Source: an uncultured candidate division Zixibacteria bacterium (lineage in GTDB: Bacteria; Zixibacteria; MSB-5A5; GN15; FEB-12). Taken from it: a stretch of DNA of 64,000 nt. The stretch's first letter is position 1. Every line of letters starts with the position of its first letter. Location: the NCBI GenBank assembly GCA_963806185.1, contig CAWDXE010000007.1, forward strand, positions 672,001 through 736,000. The letters are read 5' to 3'. The position numbers and the translations under genes were made by a program. The notes beneath the pieces were generated by a model. That model saw nothing but the letters and a program-made list of their open reading frames with translations. It searched no databases and was not told the origin of the DNA. Shown in pieces: positions 48,867 through 58,929 of this stretch.

Positions 48867-48891
48867 TCATTCACAGAATCGAATTCCGATC

Positions 48892-50211
48892 TCAGCCCTT
48901 GGCCGCCTGCTCTTTGAGCCAGGCCGTGCTGACGGATTTCGGACGCGTGATGGCCGTGCCCAGCGCACGGTTGAGTACCAACTGCGCCAGCATGCCCATG
49001 GCACGTGACACGGAGAACAACACGGTGTAATAATCGAATTCGGTCAGACCGTAATGGTACAGAATCGCGCCGGAACCGGCGTCGACATTCGGCCACGGAT
49101 CCTTCGCCTTGCCATGCTCTTTGAGTACTTCCGGCACGACCTGGAAGACGCGGTCGACCGTCAGAAACACCGGATCGTTGGCCAGATACTTACGGCCGAA
49201 TTCGCGGAAGGCGTCAAAGCGCGGATCGGTGATACGAAGGACGGCATGACCGTAACCCGGCACCACTTTGCCGCTGTTCAGCGTTTCCCACGCATACTTG
49301 CGGAGTTCTTCTTCGGTCGGGACGCCGTCGAACTTGGCGATGGTTTCCAGCACCCAGCCGAGGCATTCCTGATTCGCCAGACCGTGCAGAGGGCCGGCTA
49401 GGCCGTTCAAACCGGCCGACACCGCGTAGTACGGATCGGAGAGGGCCGAACCAACAGTGTGGCAGGTATTGGCCGACACGTTGCCGCCTTCGTGATCCGA
49501 GTGGAGCACGAGGTAGAGGCGCATCATCGCCGCGGTTTCACCCTTCTTGGTCGGGAGGCCGAGCATCTTGGCGTAGTCCGCTCCCCAGTCGAGCTTGTTC
49601 GACGGTTCAATCTGCGGGCCCTTTTTGAATTTCATGCGGTAGATGCCGGCGGCGATAGTGTGGATCGTACCCAGAATCTTCATGGAATCCTGAAGGGTCG
49701 GGACCCAGTACTCGTCCTTCTTCATCCCTTCGGTGTACCGCTTGCGGAACATCGATTCGTTTTCCATCGTCAGGATGGCGGTGTCAAGCATTGCCATCGG
49801 ATGCGAGGTCTTCGGCATCGCTTTGAGAACTTTCCAAACGTATTCCGGTACCTCACCGTTCTTCTTCAGTTCCTTCTGGAAACCCTGAAGTTCTTCGGCA
49901 GACGGAAGTTCGCCGGTGATCAGCAGCCAGAAAATTTCTTCCGGGAGCCGATCTTTCAACTTCATGATCGGCATATCGCGAATGACCAGACCGGTGTCCG
50001 GTTCGACAACCGACGTATCGCAGACCATCCCCTTGACGCCACGCATACCGCCAATCGCCTGTTCGATAGTCACCTGTGAGATGACCTTATTACCATGCTC
50101 TTTGACGAGCGATTTGCGCTCCTCACGGAGCTTCGGAATCATTTCGCCGAGTTTCTCCTGCAGTGATTTTGCAGTCGAAGTGCCCTTTTTGGGCTGTGCC
50201 GCAGTTGTCAT
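48892..50211 (-). CDS. gltA: Citrate (Si)-synthase, eukaryote-like type
   Basis: GGMRGV, LHSDHEGGNVSA, LNGLAGPLHGLANQE, VPGYGHAVLR.TDPR, PWPNVDA.SG. Confidence 0.95.
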   Translation of the reverse strand: MTTAAQPKKGTSTAKSLQEKLGEMIPKLREERKSLVKEHGNKVISQVTIEQAIGGMRGVKGMVCDTSVVEPDTGLVIRDMPIMKLKDRLPEEIFWLLITGELPSAEELQGFQKELKKNGEVPEYVWKVLKAMPKTSHPMAMLDTAILTMENESMFRKRYTEGMKKDEYWVPTLQDSMKILGTIHTIAAGIYRMKFKKGPQIEPSNKLDWGADYAKMLGLPTKKGETAAMMRLYLVLHSDHEGGNVSANTCHTVGSALSDPYYAVSAGLNGLAGPLHGLANQECLGWVLETIAKFDGVPTEEELRKYAWETLNSGKVVPGYGHAVLRITDPRFDAFREFGRKYLANDPVFLTVDRVFQVVPEVLKEHGKAKDPWPNVDAGSGAILYHYGLTEFDYYTVLFSVSRAMGMLAQLVLNRALGTAITRPKSVSTAWLKEQAAKG

Positions 50212-50226
50212 ATATCCTCCACAATG

Positions 50227-50244
50227 ATGTGAAATGTTTCACAT
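50227..50244. promoter_or_regulatory. Palindromic operator TGTGA-N6-TCACA between gltA promoter and RBS
   Basis: ATGTGAAATGTTTCACAT; minus-strand TTGACA (50285-50280) and TATATT upstream. Confidence 0.65.
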
Positions 50245-50458
50245 TTATTCGGACGAATATACGCTTGCCGTCGAGCCGATGTCAAGCTCTCGATTAACGT
50301 GCATTGATCACATTATAATAGTGCCGCAACTATCTGTGATACAGCTCGTTACGCGACCGTCGACGATCGCCCCGATGACTGCCTTGTGTTGCGAGCGAAA
50401 ATATTCGCGAGTAAAATAGACCGGATTGGCTTCTTCCCGTAAGGTAGGCCGTGCAAGT

Positions 50459-51019
50459 CTAATTTTTGCGAAACAACTGCACCGGCGAGAAAGCGGCCGG
50501 TTCTTCGGCGATGCCGGCCATCCACGTCTGCAGTTCGTCGGTCGAGGCGGTCAACAGCACTTCATCATTGTCCAGCCATTCGAAGTTGACGGTGACCCCG
50601 GCGGAATCAATCACCCTGGTGAGCCAGTCGGATTCGAGTACCGAGATAGTGAGGCTGTCGCCCGACAGATTTACGCGCCAGAAACTGTGGACGGCGACAA
50701 GGTGCATCTTGTACACGTCGGATAAATTGTCCGGGCCGTCAGGATACGCGTCCATGAAGAGATACTTTTCATTCAGCAGGAGAAACACGGCGGAGAAGAC
50801 ACTCGTGTCGCCGTCTTCCACATAGGTGATCCGGTAGGTGTTGTCATCGAGCGCAGCAAAATTCCAGGCGTTCGTTTCATCGTCCTCAACCCAGCTCCCC
50901 TCGATACCATTCACCGGCAATATGTCTTCCTCGTGATAGAGCGGGTGGATCGACGGTACCAGGCATCCCTGGCAGAGCGCGGCGAGCACGATTACGGTGA
51001 ACAGGATGAACTGTCGCAT
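50459..51019 (-). CDS. Hypothetical lipoprotein
   Basis: Lipobox-like CQGC followed by VPSIHPLY...G.W; RBS AGGGAG. Confidence 0.7.
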   Translation of the reverse strand: MRQFILFTVIVLAALCQGCLVPSIHPLYHEEDILPVNGIEGSWVEDDETNAWNFAALDDNTYRITYVEDGDTSVFSAVFLLLNEKYLFMDAYPDGPDNLSDVYKMHLVAVHSFWRVNLSGDSLTISVLESDWLTRVIDSAGVTVNFEWLDNDEVLLTASTDELQTWMAGIAEEPAAFSPVQLFRKN

Positions 51020-51044
51020 AGCGGACTCCCTTCAGCGCGACCAA

Positions 51045-52457
51045 TCAATAGGCGCTCGAGCCGACTCGCTGAACATGGTCGGCAGGGCGGTCTGCAAACA
51101 ACTTATCCGGATTGAGCGAGTATTCAGGATCGAACACCGCCTTCACCTTGCGCATAGCGTCAAGCGTGGCGGCGTCAAATTCGAGCTGGAGAAAATCGCG
51201 CTTGGCCAAGCCGATGCCGTGCTCGCCGGTAAGCGTGCCGCCCAGTTCGAGTGTCTTGCGCATGAGCTGAAGCACACTCTCGTGAATCAGATTCATCGTT
51301 GCGGGCGAATCGTCCTGCGCCATGAGATTCACATGCAGGTTGCCGTCGCCGGCGTGGCCAAACGAATTGATGCGCAGGGGAGATGCGGCATTCATTTCGC
51401 CCACAAACGCGACCAGGTCCGGAAATTTGGAATTGGGCACAGCCACATCTTCAGACAAGCGCACCTTGGCTGCTGCCTTGGCGGCTTTTGACAGATTGCG
51501 GCGGATTTTCCAGAGCGCTTCCGCCTTTTCCGGGTCGGGTTCCATTTGCATATACGATGCGCGATGCGTCTCGCAGAACGACTTGATCCGTGTCGTCTGT
51601 GCGTCCTGATTCTCTCCAGATGTCTCAATCAAGAGCAAAGCACCGACTTCGTCAAGTCCCTCGTGTTTCTCGTACTGGTTGGAGCAGGCCGCCGCGTCGC
51701 CGTCAAGAAACTCCAAAACGGTCGGAATCAGGCCGCACGCGGTGATGTCCGCCACCGTTTTGGCCGCGTCGGTGGGGCTGTTGAATCCCACGAGAATAGT
51801 CGTCCCCCGCACCGGAATAGGAATCAGCCGCACAGCAATCTCGGTGACAATGGCGAGCGTCCCTTCAGACGAAATCAGCAGGTCGCCCAGCGAAAAGCCG
51901 GCGTTTTCATTAAAGATGCCGGCATTGAGGATCGATCCATCGACCAGGACTGCTCGCATACCAAGAACGTAGTCCTTGGTCACCCCGAACCGCCGACAGC
52001 GCAGTCCGCCCGCGCCCTCTGCCACATTGCCACCGAGTGTCGATTCGAGATAGCTGGCCGGGTCGGGAGGGTAGGTCAAACCATGTTTGGCGGCTTCGTC
52101 CTGAAGCGTCTTGGTAATCACACCCGGCCCGCAGACAGCCATTTCGCGTTCCGGGTAGATAGTCAGGTGGTGGAGTTTCTCGATGGAGATGAGTAAGGCA
52201 CCGTTTGACGGGACACACCCGCCGGAGAGTCCGGTCCCGGCCCCGCGCGGCGTGATTGGAATCTTATGCGAATGACAGAATCGAACCGCCGCCTGGGTAT
52301 CGCCGACCGACTCGGCGAGGAGTATGGCTGCCGGCGTGGCAGTCAAATCGGTGGCGTCGTGAAAGTACTTTTCCTGTTCGGCGAGGTTGGTGATGAGGGA
52401 GTCAGGTGCCTGGAGCACGGCTCGAAGCGCCTCGAAATCGGACGGTTTCATGGGCAT
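51045..52457 (-). CDS. FAD-linked 2-hydroxyacid oxidoreductase (GlcD/D-lactate dehydrogenase-like)
   Basis: PRGAGTGLSGG, YPPDPAS...TLGGN, SEGTL, FGHAGDGNLH, GEHGIG; true start about 52451-52457. Confidence 0.9.
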   Translation of the reverse strand: MPMKPSDFEALRAVLQAPDSLITNLAEQEKYFHDATDLTATPAAILLAESVGDTQAAVRFCHSHKIPITPRGAGTGLSGGCVPSNGALLISIEKLHHLTIYPEREMAVCGPGVITKTLQDEAAKHGLTYPPDPASYLESTLGGNVAEGAGGLRCRRFGVTKDYVLGMRAVLVDGSILNAGIFNENAGFSLGDLLISSEGTLAIVTEIAVRLIPIPVRGTTILVGFNSPTDAAKTVADITACGLIPTVLEFLDGDAAACSNQYEKHEGLDEVGALLLIETSGENQDAQTTRIKSFCETHRASYMQMEPDPEKAEALWKIRRNLSKAAKAAAKVRLSEDVAVPNSKFPDLVAFVGEMNAASPLRINSFGHAGDGNLHVNLMAQDDSPATMNLIHESVLQLMRKTLELGGTLTGEHGIGLAKRDFLQLEFDAATLDAMRKVKAVFDPEYSLNPDKLFADRPADHVQRVGSSAY

Positions 52458-52510
52458 ATGATAGCGAACGGCGAGGGGGAAGCTACAAGAATTTGGGAGG
52501 AATGACTTCG

Positions 52511-52530
52511 CCCTTCGACTCCGCTCAGGG
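52511..52530. repeat. REP-like short element
   Basis: CCCTTCGACTCCGCTCAGGG resembles intergenic palindromic repeats of other bacteria; single copy here. Confidence 0.4.
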
Positions 52531-52574
52531 CAGCGCTTCGCGCGTGGCCCTTGAGACGGTCGGTGAAGTCTCGG

Positions 52575-52720
52575 AAGCGAATCATCCGGAGTCACTCCGG
52601 CCATCTTGTCATGCCGATTAACTCTGACTATCTCGTCATCCTGAATCATTCTCCCAATGGTGTTCGCCTGAATCATTCCCCCCATCTCGTCATCCTGAAT
52701 CATTCCTATGAATCAGGATC
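52575..52720. repeat. 27-bp tandem repeat, about 5 units, degenerating leftwards
   Basis: CCTGAATCATTC at 52640, 52667, 52694; degenerate copies at 52586 and 52613; last unit closes an ATCCTGA/TCAGGAT hairpin. Confidence 0.8.
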
Positions 52721-52746
52721 TCAGTTACCAGCGAACCGTCTTACGG

Positions 52747-52794
52747 GTCATACCCGCCTCCCCCTCTGTCATACCCGCGCAGGCGGGTATCCAG
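52747..52794. repeat. GTC-tagged REP-like palindrome plus partial copy
   Basis: TGTC-ATACCCGC-GCAG-GCGGGTAT-CCAG at 52767-52794; GTCATACCCGC repeated at 52747. Confidence 0.6.
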
Positions 52795-52901
52795 AGGAAG
52801 CCCTGTCGTGGACGAATAACCCCGCAATTCGTGCTTGACGCGAGTGATTGGCGCATCGTAATTGCGGTAGTCCCCGGACTAAGGGGGCTGGTGGGGATCT
52901 T

Positions 52902-53945
52902 ATGATTCGATTTGGATCGATTGTCCTGTTGACAATGCTTGCGCTGTCCGGTTGCTGCGATAAGGGGACCGACCCGCCGCCGGGGAAACCGGCAGATTAC
53001 ATCGCGTATGTGAGTGATCTGGACAATCCGTTGATTTTTCGCATTCACACGCGCAGTTTCGAGACTGACTCCTTTGTGCTGCCAATCGAAATGTCTCCAT
53101 TCTTCTTCCTTGACCCAAAGGGCCAGCACATGTATGGCAATGTCGGCGGAAGCGGCGTGGTGTCGATCGATCTTGCCACCATGGACACGTCGCTCTTCTG
53201 GCCTTCCACATCCTGGCTCGATTTCTCGCCAAACGATAAACTGGTGACTCTGTTCTACCCGTATCTACAAATTCGTCGCAGAGATGACATGCAGCTCGTT
53301 TGCTCCTTAGGCACGGGATTGTACCAAGGCTGTTATTCCGCCGATTCGAAGCACTACTACGCTACAGCGTCGAACGGCTCCTCCTTGGGCGATGTAGTGA
53401 CTATTCGCGTGGATTCAGGGGTAATTATGAATCGGAAGTCAATTGGCCAGAGGGATATTGCGCCACTTCTAGTCTCCGCGGATCAACGCTACTGGTTTTT
53501 CAATGATTTTTCCCATAGCCGCGACAGCATAATCGTTTACGACATCCTGGCCGATTCGACAATATTCTCCTATCGACTCGTCCCCGGCTTTGGAGACCTG
53601 GTGCAAACTCACAATAGCCGCTACCTGTTTTTTTCAAATCCCGGCCCCTACCCCGCATATGGTCAACCCGGCGAACCCTACATCCATGTCTATGATGTGC
53701 GCACGCGGCGACTACTACCACCCATTAGCGCAGTGGGTGTGTACGGAACCGACACGATAACGTCCAGTCCAACAATCGGTGATCTCGACGTGACACCGGA
53801 TGACAAATTCCTGGTGGCAACGGCTATGGGGGTGAGCGGGAAATACGTGATTGTATCGATACCGGAATTGCAGGTCGTACATTACGGCCAAATATCGAGG
53901 CGCTTTCTGTATCGGTTGGCAATTCAGAGCGGCGTCAGTCGTTAG
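52902..53945 (+). CDS. Lipoprotein, YncE-like beta-propeller
   Basis: Lipobox LSGC; repeated FSPND / YSADS / VSADQ / VTPDD blade motifs. Confidence 0.7.
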   Translation: MIRFGSIVLLTMLALSGCCDKGTDPPPGKPADYIAYVSDLDNPLIFRIHTRSFETDSFVLPIEMSPFFFLDPKGQHMYGNVGGSGVVSIDLATMDTSLFWPSTSWLDFSPNDKLVTLFYPYLQIRRRDDMQLVCSLGTGLYQGCYSADSKHYYATASNGSSLGDVVTIRVDSGVIMNRKSIGQRDIAPLLVSADQRYWFFNDFSHSRDSIIVYDILADSTIFSYRLVPGFGDLVQTHNSRYLFFSNPGPYPAYGQPGEPYIHVYDVRTRRLLPPISAVGVYGTDTITSSPTIGDLDVTPDDKFLVATAMGVSGKYVIVSIPELQVVHYGQISRRFLYRLAIQSGVSR

Positions 53946-53991
53946 CCAGCAGAAGGCATTCTCGGAGCACAGGGCTCCCGCGCTACGGGAC

Positions 53992-54489
53992 TCATTGTTC
54001 TTTCAGTCGAAGGACCTTTCGTTCAACGAGGCGCCACGTGGGGCCGGTGTACAGTGCGTCGTGGATCAAGATCACGCTGTCACGAGTCTGGTGAAGAAAG
54101 AAGTCACCCACCGGAAAGAGTTGAGTTGGACAAAACGGTCCCTCTATGCCAGTGAACCCCCAAGCTTCGTCCGGATACTGGATCGAAACCCTGCTGTCGA
54201 TCCTGTAACGAGATCGCACATCACAGGCGAATCGGTCGGCCGGTTTGGTCCAGCGAGTGTCCAGCCTCATCTCAAAGAACTGGCTGTCGATACTCACAAC
54301 CACAAACTGGGAGTCGGTGGCCATCAGCCACATTTCGTCGGAGGTGGAACTGGTGTCGGCGAGTTCCTGATATTGGTACACTCCTCGATAATCGCCAATC
54401 AGACTTGGCTCGGCAGGTCGTGTAAGGTCGTTCTTGCAGCCTATTAGACAACCAGCCGCTATTGCGAGCATGAGTACGATTCTCGACAT
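53992..54489 (-). CDS. Hypothetical lipoprotein
   Basis: Lipobox LIGC, RBS GGAGG. Confidence 0.65.
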   Translation of the reverse strand: MSRIVLMLAIAAGCLIGCKNDLTRPAEPSLIGDYRGVYQYQELADTSSTSDEMWLMATDSQFVVVSIDSQFFEMRLDTRWTKPADRFACDVRSRYRIDSRVSIQYPDEAWGFTGIEGPFCPTQLFPVGDFFLHQTRDSVILIHDALYTGPTWRLVERKVLRLKEQ

Positions 54490-54590
54490 CGATGATCCCC
54501 TCCGTCGGCGTTGCCGCCTCTAGCATTGGGACGTATGAACAAGTAATATCCGAGGAAAAGGAAGATCATACAAGCCACTTTTTGACGCTG

Positions 54591-54640
54591 GAAAAATGTA
54601 GCCCCCAAGCCTGATCAATAGGAACGGGCCTGGGGGCTAC
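54591..54640 (-). terminator. Hairpin/terminator ending the pckA-fmdB transcript
   Basis: GTAGCCCCCA / TGGGGGCTAC stem followed by ATTTTT on minus strand. Confidence 0.55.
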
Positions 54641-54674
54641 GAATCTGTATCCGTGAACGAGATCGCCTGGCGAA

Positions 54675-54906
54675 TCAATCCGACTTCTTGTCGCTGGAAC
54701 CCGTCGGGTCCTTCTTCTCACCCTTCCGCTTATAATCAGTCTCGTAGAAGCCGGACCCCTTGAAATATCAATCCCCCGCCACCCGATATCACCCGATGCG
54801 GCGTCGCCTGACACTTCGGACAGGTATTAATCGGATCGTCCGTTATCGGCTGAAACTCCTCAAACTCGTACCCGCACGCAGAACATCGATAATGATATGT
54901 CGGCAT
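54675..54906 (-). CDS. FmdB-family zinc-ribbon protein (76 aa), one extra base at ~54764; not in ORF track
   Basis: [33 protein letters not shown]...[28 protein letters not shown]. Confidence 0.85.
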
Positions 54907-54996
54907 CGAATTGACTCTCCTTCTTCAAGCTGATGGCGCATCATTGCGATGCGCCATCTATAACACGCAAAGTCGCAGTTTGGTTTCGCCGCGCGA

Positions 54997-56668
54997 TCAG
55001 GTCCGCTTGGCGGCCATGAACTCCTTCTTCACCGGGCCGGCGTCAATGACGTCCTGCGCGCAGCCGTCCTTGAACTTCTTGAAGTTCTCGATGAACAGCG
55101 ACGCCAGCTGCAGGTACTTGTCCTGATACGCCAGCGGATCATCCCAGGTATTGGCCGGGTTGAGCACCTTGTCCGGAACGCCTTCGCAGTGCTTCGGCAC
55201 CTTGAAACCGAACACCGGATCGGTGTAGAACTCGACGTCGAGCAGCTTGCCGTCGAGCGCCGCATTCAACAGCGCGCGAGTATAGTGGATCGACATACGC
55301 TTGCCGATACCGTACGGACCGCCCGTCCAGCCGGTATTCACCAGCCAGCAGTTGGCGTTGTGCTTCTCGATCTTGTGCCGGAGCATGTCGGCGTAGAAGT
55401 ACGGATGGTGCACCATAAACGGCGCGCCGAAGCAGGCCGAGAAGGTGATCTCCGGCTCTTTGCCGAGGCCGATTTCCGTCCCGGCTACCTTGGACGTATA
55501 GCCGGAAATGAAATGATACATCGCCTGTTCGCCGGACAGTTTGGCGATCGGCGGCATCACACCCGACGCATCGCAGGTGAGCAGAATGACGTTCTTCGGA
55601 TGGCCGCCCATTTTTGTCGGAACAGCGTTATCGATATACGACAGCGGATAGGCCGCGCGCGTGTTTTCGGTCATGTTCTCGTCGTCCAGATCCAGAAACC
55701 GGGTGACCGGATCGAAAACGACATTCTCCAGAATCGTCCCGAATTTCCGAGTGCAGGCGTAGATCTGCGGTTCGGCCGAAGGGGAGAGGGCGATCACTTT
55801 GGCATAGCAGCCGTTTTCGAAGTTAAACACCCCTTCATCCGACCAGCCGTGCTCGTCGTCGCCGATGAGGAACCGGTTCGGATCGGCCGACAGCGTCGTC
55901 TTACCGGTGCCGGACAGACCGAAGAAAAGCGCCGCGTCGCCGCTCTTGCCGATATTGGCCGAGCAGTGCATCGTCATTACGTTTTGAAGAGGCAGAATGT
56001 AATTGAGCAAGGTGAAGACCGACTTCTTGATCTCGCCGCCGTAGCCGGTCCCGCCGATGATGCACAGTCGCTGATCGAAATTCAACACGATGAAGGTCGG
56101 CGATAGGGTGCCGTCAATCTCCGGCAGACCCCGGAAATTGGGCAGCGAAATGACGGTGAACTCCGGCACGAACCGCCTCAGTTCTTCATTGGTGTCGGGC
56201 GAAATGAGCATGCACTTCGCAAAGAGCGAATGCCAGGCGTATTCGGTGATGACACGGACCGGCAGGCGGTAGTTCGGATCGGCGCCACCATAGCAGTCCT
56301 GTACGAATATGTCGCGCCCCTGCAGGTAGCCCTGCATCCGATACCAAAGCATGTTGAACTTGTCGATTGAAAACGGCCGGTTGTACTGACCCCACCAGAC
56401 CTTGTCCTCGCTCGACTGTTCGCGAACGACAAACTTATCGTTGGCCGCGCGCGCCGTATGCTTGCCGGTGTTTACGACTACCGGCCCCTGGTGCGAGAGG
56501 GAGGCCTCCTTGCGGAAAATAATCTCCTCGTAGAGGGCAGGCACCGGCAGGTTCCAGTAGACGTTGTTCAGATTCCGCAACCCGATGATTCTCCAGGCCG
56601 AATTCACTTTTGAGGTTGCCGGCCTGACCGAGCGCGGGAGATTTTATGTCCAAGATGTAGTGGCTCAT
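54997..56668 (-). CDS. pckA: Phosphoenolpyruvate carboxykinase (ATP), frameshift near 56584
   Basis: YGGEIKK, MHCSAN, FFGLSGTGKTTLS, LIGDDEHGW, FENGCYAK, TENTR; N-terminus MSHYILD in adjacent frame. Confidence 0.95.
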
Positions 56669-57887
56669 TTCCAGTCTCTCCTCAACTTGCGATCCCCAAT
56701 AAAGATTTCATTGGGTGAATCGGGATCGAGCGCCCACTTGATGCGCGCGACCCCCTCCGTGATCTCCTTGATCGAGCCGCAGTAACTCAGGCGAAGGTGA
56801 CCCTCCATCCCGAATTCCTTGCCCGGTACCGTGACGACCAGCGCCTTCTCCAGAATAAACTTGGAGAGGGCGATGGAATTCTTGTCGTAGGCGCTGAAAT
56901 CAGGGAGACAGTAAAATGTGCCGTCCGGCACATTGACATGCACGCCCGTAAACGCCCGCAATTCATTGATCATGACGTCGCGGTTGTTCTGCAGCATCAG
57001 GCGCAGCGATTCCACACCCGTCTGCACGCCCATCAGCGCTCCGGCCGCGGCCTCCTGCATCAGCACCGGCGGACAGGAGGTGTTCTGGGCGATGACGTTC
57101 CGCATCGCGGCCGATAACCTTGCGGTTGGCGATCGTCCACCCAATGCGGAATCCGGTCATGGCGTACATCTTGGAGACGCCGTTGATCACAATCAGTCGC
57201 GAGGAATCGGACTGATCCTTGGCGAACTTGTACGGCGACACCCACTGCCGGTTGTTAAACACGAGCTTGTGATAGATGTCGTCCATAATCAGGTAGATCT
57301 CCTTTCTTCTCGCAGTATTCGACGATCTCCTGAATGAATTCCGGGGGGTAGACCACACCCGACGGATTGTTCGGGCTGTTGATGACGATCGCTTTGGTAT
57401 ACGACGCCGATCTGACGAGTGATGTCTTCCATCCTCGGCAGAAAGCGGCCGTCCTCCGGCGCCACTATGACCGGAATACCATAGCACATCTTGACGATTT
57501 CAGGATAACTCACCCAGTACGGCGCCAGCACAATGACCTCGTCCTGCGGATTGAGAATGGTCATCATCAGGTTGAAGAAGGCCTGCTTGGCGCCGTTGCC
57601 GACATTGATATTCTCCGGCCCGACGATCTTGCCGTAGTTGTCCTCGTGTACCGGATGATCGCCTTGAGCAGAGAGGGAATCCCTTCGGTCGGCGTATACC
57701 GGATGTCGGCGGAAGTCAACTTGGTCGCACAGCTGATGACCGCGTCGATCGGCACCTTGCTTTTCGGCTCTCCGGCGCCCAGATGGATCACCGCCTCGCC
57801 TCGTTCGCGAAGCAGGCGCGCCTTCTCGTTGAGCATCAAAGTCGGCGGCTCGTGAATCTCACTCGCCAGTTTACTGATGGTCGACAT
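56665..57887 (-). CDS. Class I/II PLP aminotransferase (aspartate aminotransferase-like), about 4 frameshifts
   Basis: LGAGEP, RYTPTEGI, APYWVSYPE, INSPNNPSG, DDIY, NGVSKMYAMTGFRIG, LRLSY spread across frames. Confidence 0.88.
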
Positions 57888-57895
57888 ATATGTAC

Positions 57896-58888
57896 TTACC
57901 CTTTCATCAATGTCGCGATGGCGCTGACGTCTACGATGTCATCCACCGAACAGCCGCGCGACAAATCGTTGGCCGGTTTGGCCAACCCCTGTATAATCGG
58001 TCCGGTGGCGGTGGCGTTGGCCAGCCGTTGCACCAGTTTATATCCAATATTCCCGGCATCGAGATCGGGGAAGATGAGCACGTTGGCGTTGCCGGCAATG
58101 GCCGACCCCGGCGCCTTCTTCGCCCCAACTTCGGGAATAATGGCCGCATCGAGTTGAAATTCGCCGTCAACCTTCAATTCCGGATGCTCCTTCCTGAGTA
58201 TCTCGATGGCCGCAACGACTTTGTCGACATCCGCGTGCGACGCCGACCCCTTGGTCGAAAACGACAGCATCGCAATGCGCGGTTCTTCACCAATCAGATT
58301 CACCAGCGTCTGCGCGGTCGACACGGCGATCGACGCCAGCTGCGCGGCATCCGGATTGGGCATCACGGCGCAATCGGCGAACATGAGAATTTTGTTTTTA
58401 GTCCCGCGGAATTCGGGCAGCGTCATAATGAACGAACTGGACACGGTCTGAATACCCGGCTTGAGTCCGATGATCTGAATGGCGGCGCGAAGTACGTCAC
58501 CGGTTGTGCTCAACGCACCCGATACCGAAGCGTCGGCCCGGTCGTGGCGGACCATCATGGCGCCAAAAAACAGTGGATTCGCCATATTCTTGCGTGCCTG
58601 ATCCTCGGTCATCCCCTTGGCTTTGCGCAGCTCGTAGTATTCGTGCGCATACTCTTCAAACTCCGGAGCCTTGGACGGGTTGATCACCTGCACCCGATCG
58701 AGCTGGACGCCGTTGTCGGCGGCCAGTTTGGCGATCTGTGCTTCATCGCCCAACAGTGTCACGGCGCAGATTTCCTCGGCCAGAATCTTCTTGGTCGCCG
58801 CCACCATGCGCGGTTCGGTGCCCTCGGGAAGGACCACCCGACGTTTCTTGGTTTTCGCCTTATCTTTGATCATCGAAATCGCGTTCAT
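57896..58888 (-). CDS. pta: Phosphate acetyltransferase
   Basis: VVLPEGTEPR, FADCA, MLSFSTKGS, DGEFQLDAA, FPDLDAGNIGYK, NDLSRGCS; ATG 58888 with AGGAG RBS. Confidence 0.95.
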   Translation of the reverse strand: MNAISMIKDKAKTKKRRVVLPEGTEPRMVAATKKILAEEICAVTLLGDEAQIAKLAADNGVQLDRVQVINPSKAPEFEEYAHEYYELRKAKGMTEDQARKNMANPLFFGAMMVRHDRADASVSGALSTTGDVLRAAIQIIGLKPGIQTVSSSFIMTLPEFRGTKNKILMFADCAVMPNPDAAQLASIAVSTAQTLVNLIGEEPRIAMLSFSTKGSASHADVDKVVAAIEILRKEHPELKVDGEFQLDAAIIPEVGAKKAPGSAIAGNANVLIFPDLDAGNIGYKLVQRLANATATGPIIQGLAKPANDLSRGCSVDDIVDVSAIATLMKG

Positions 58889-58929
58889 ATACTCTCCTGG
58901 CCGCCCGGTAGCGGCGCTGCTGCAAAGCA

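Noticed and set aside
52458..52703. N-terminal extension of the GlcD-like ORF (MIQDDE repeats)
   Set aside because: It is just the 9-codon repeat read in frame; recognisable protein and a promoter-like element place the start at about 52451-52457
52575..52720. Possible mini CRISPR array
   Set aside because: Period is only 27 bp, intervening segments resemble each other, and there are no cas genes; it is a tandem repeat
54566..54814. 82-aa ORF on minus strand
   Set aside because: Overlaps the frameshifted FmdB-type gene and runs through a terminator hairpin
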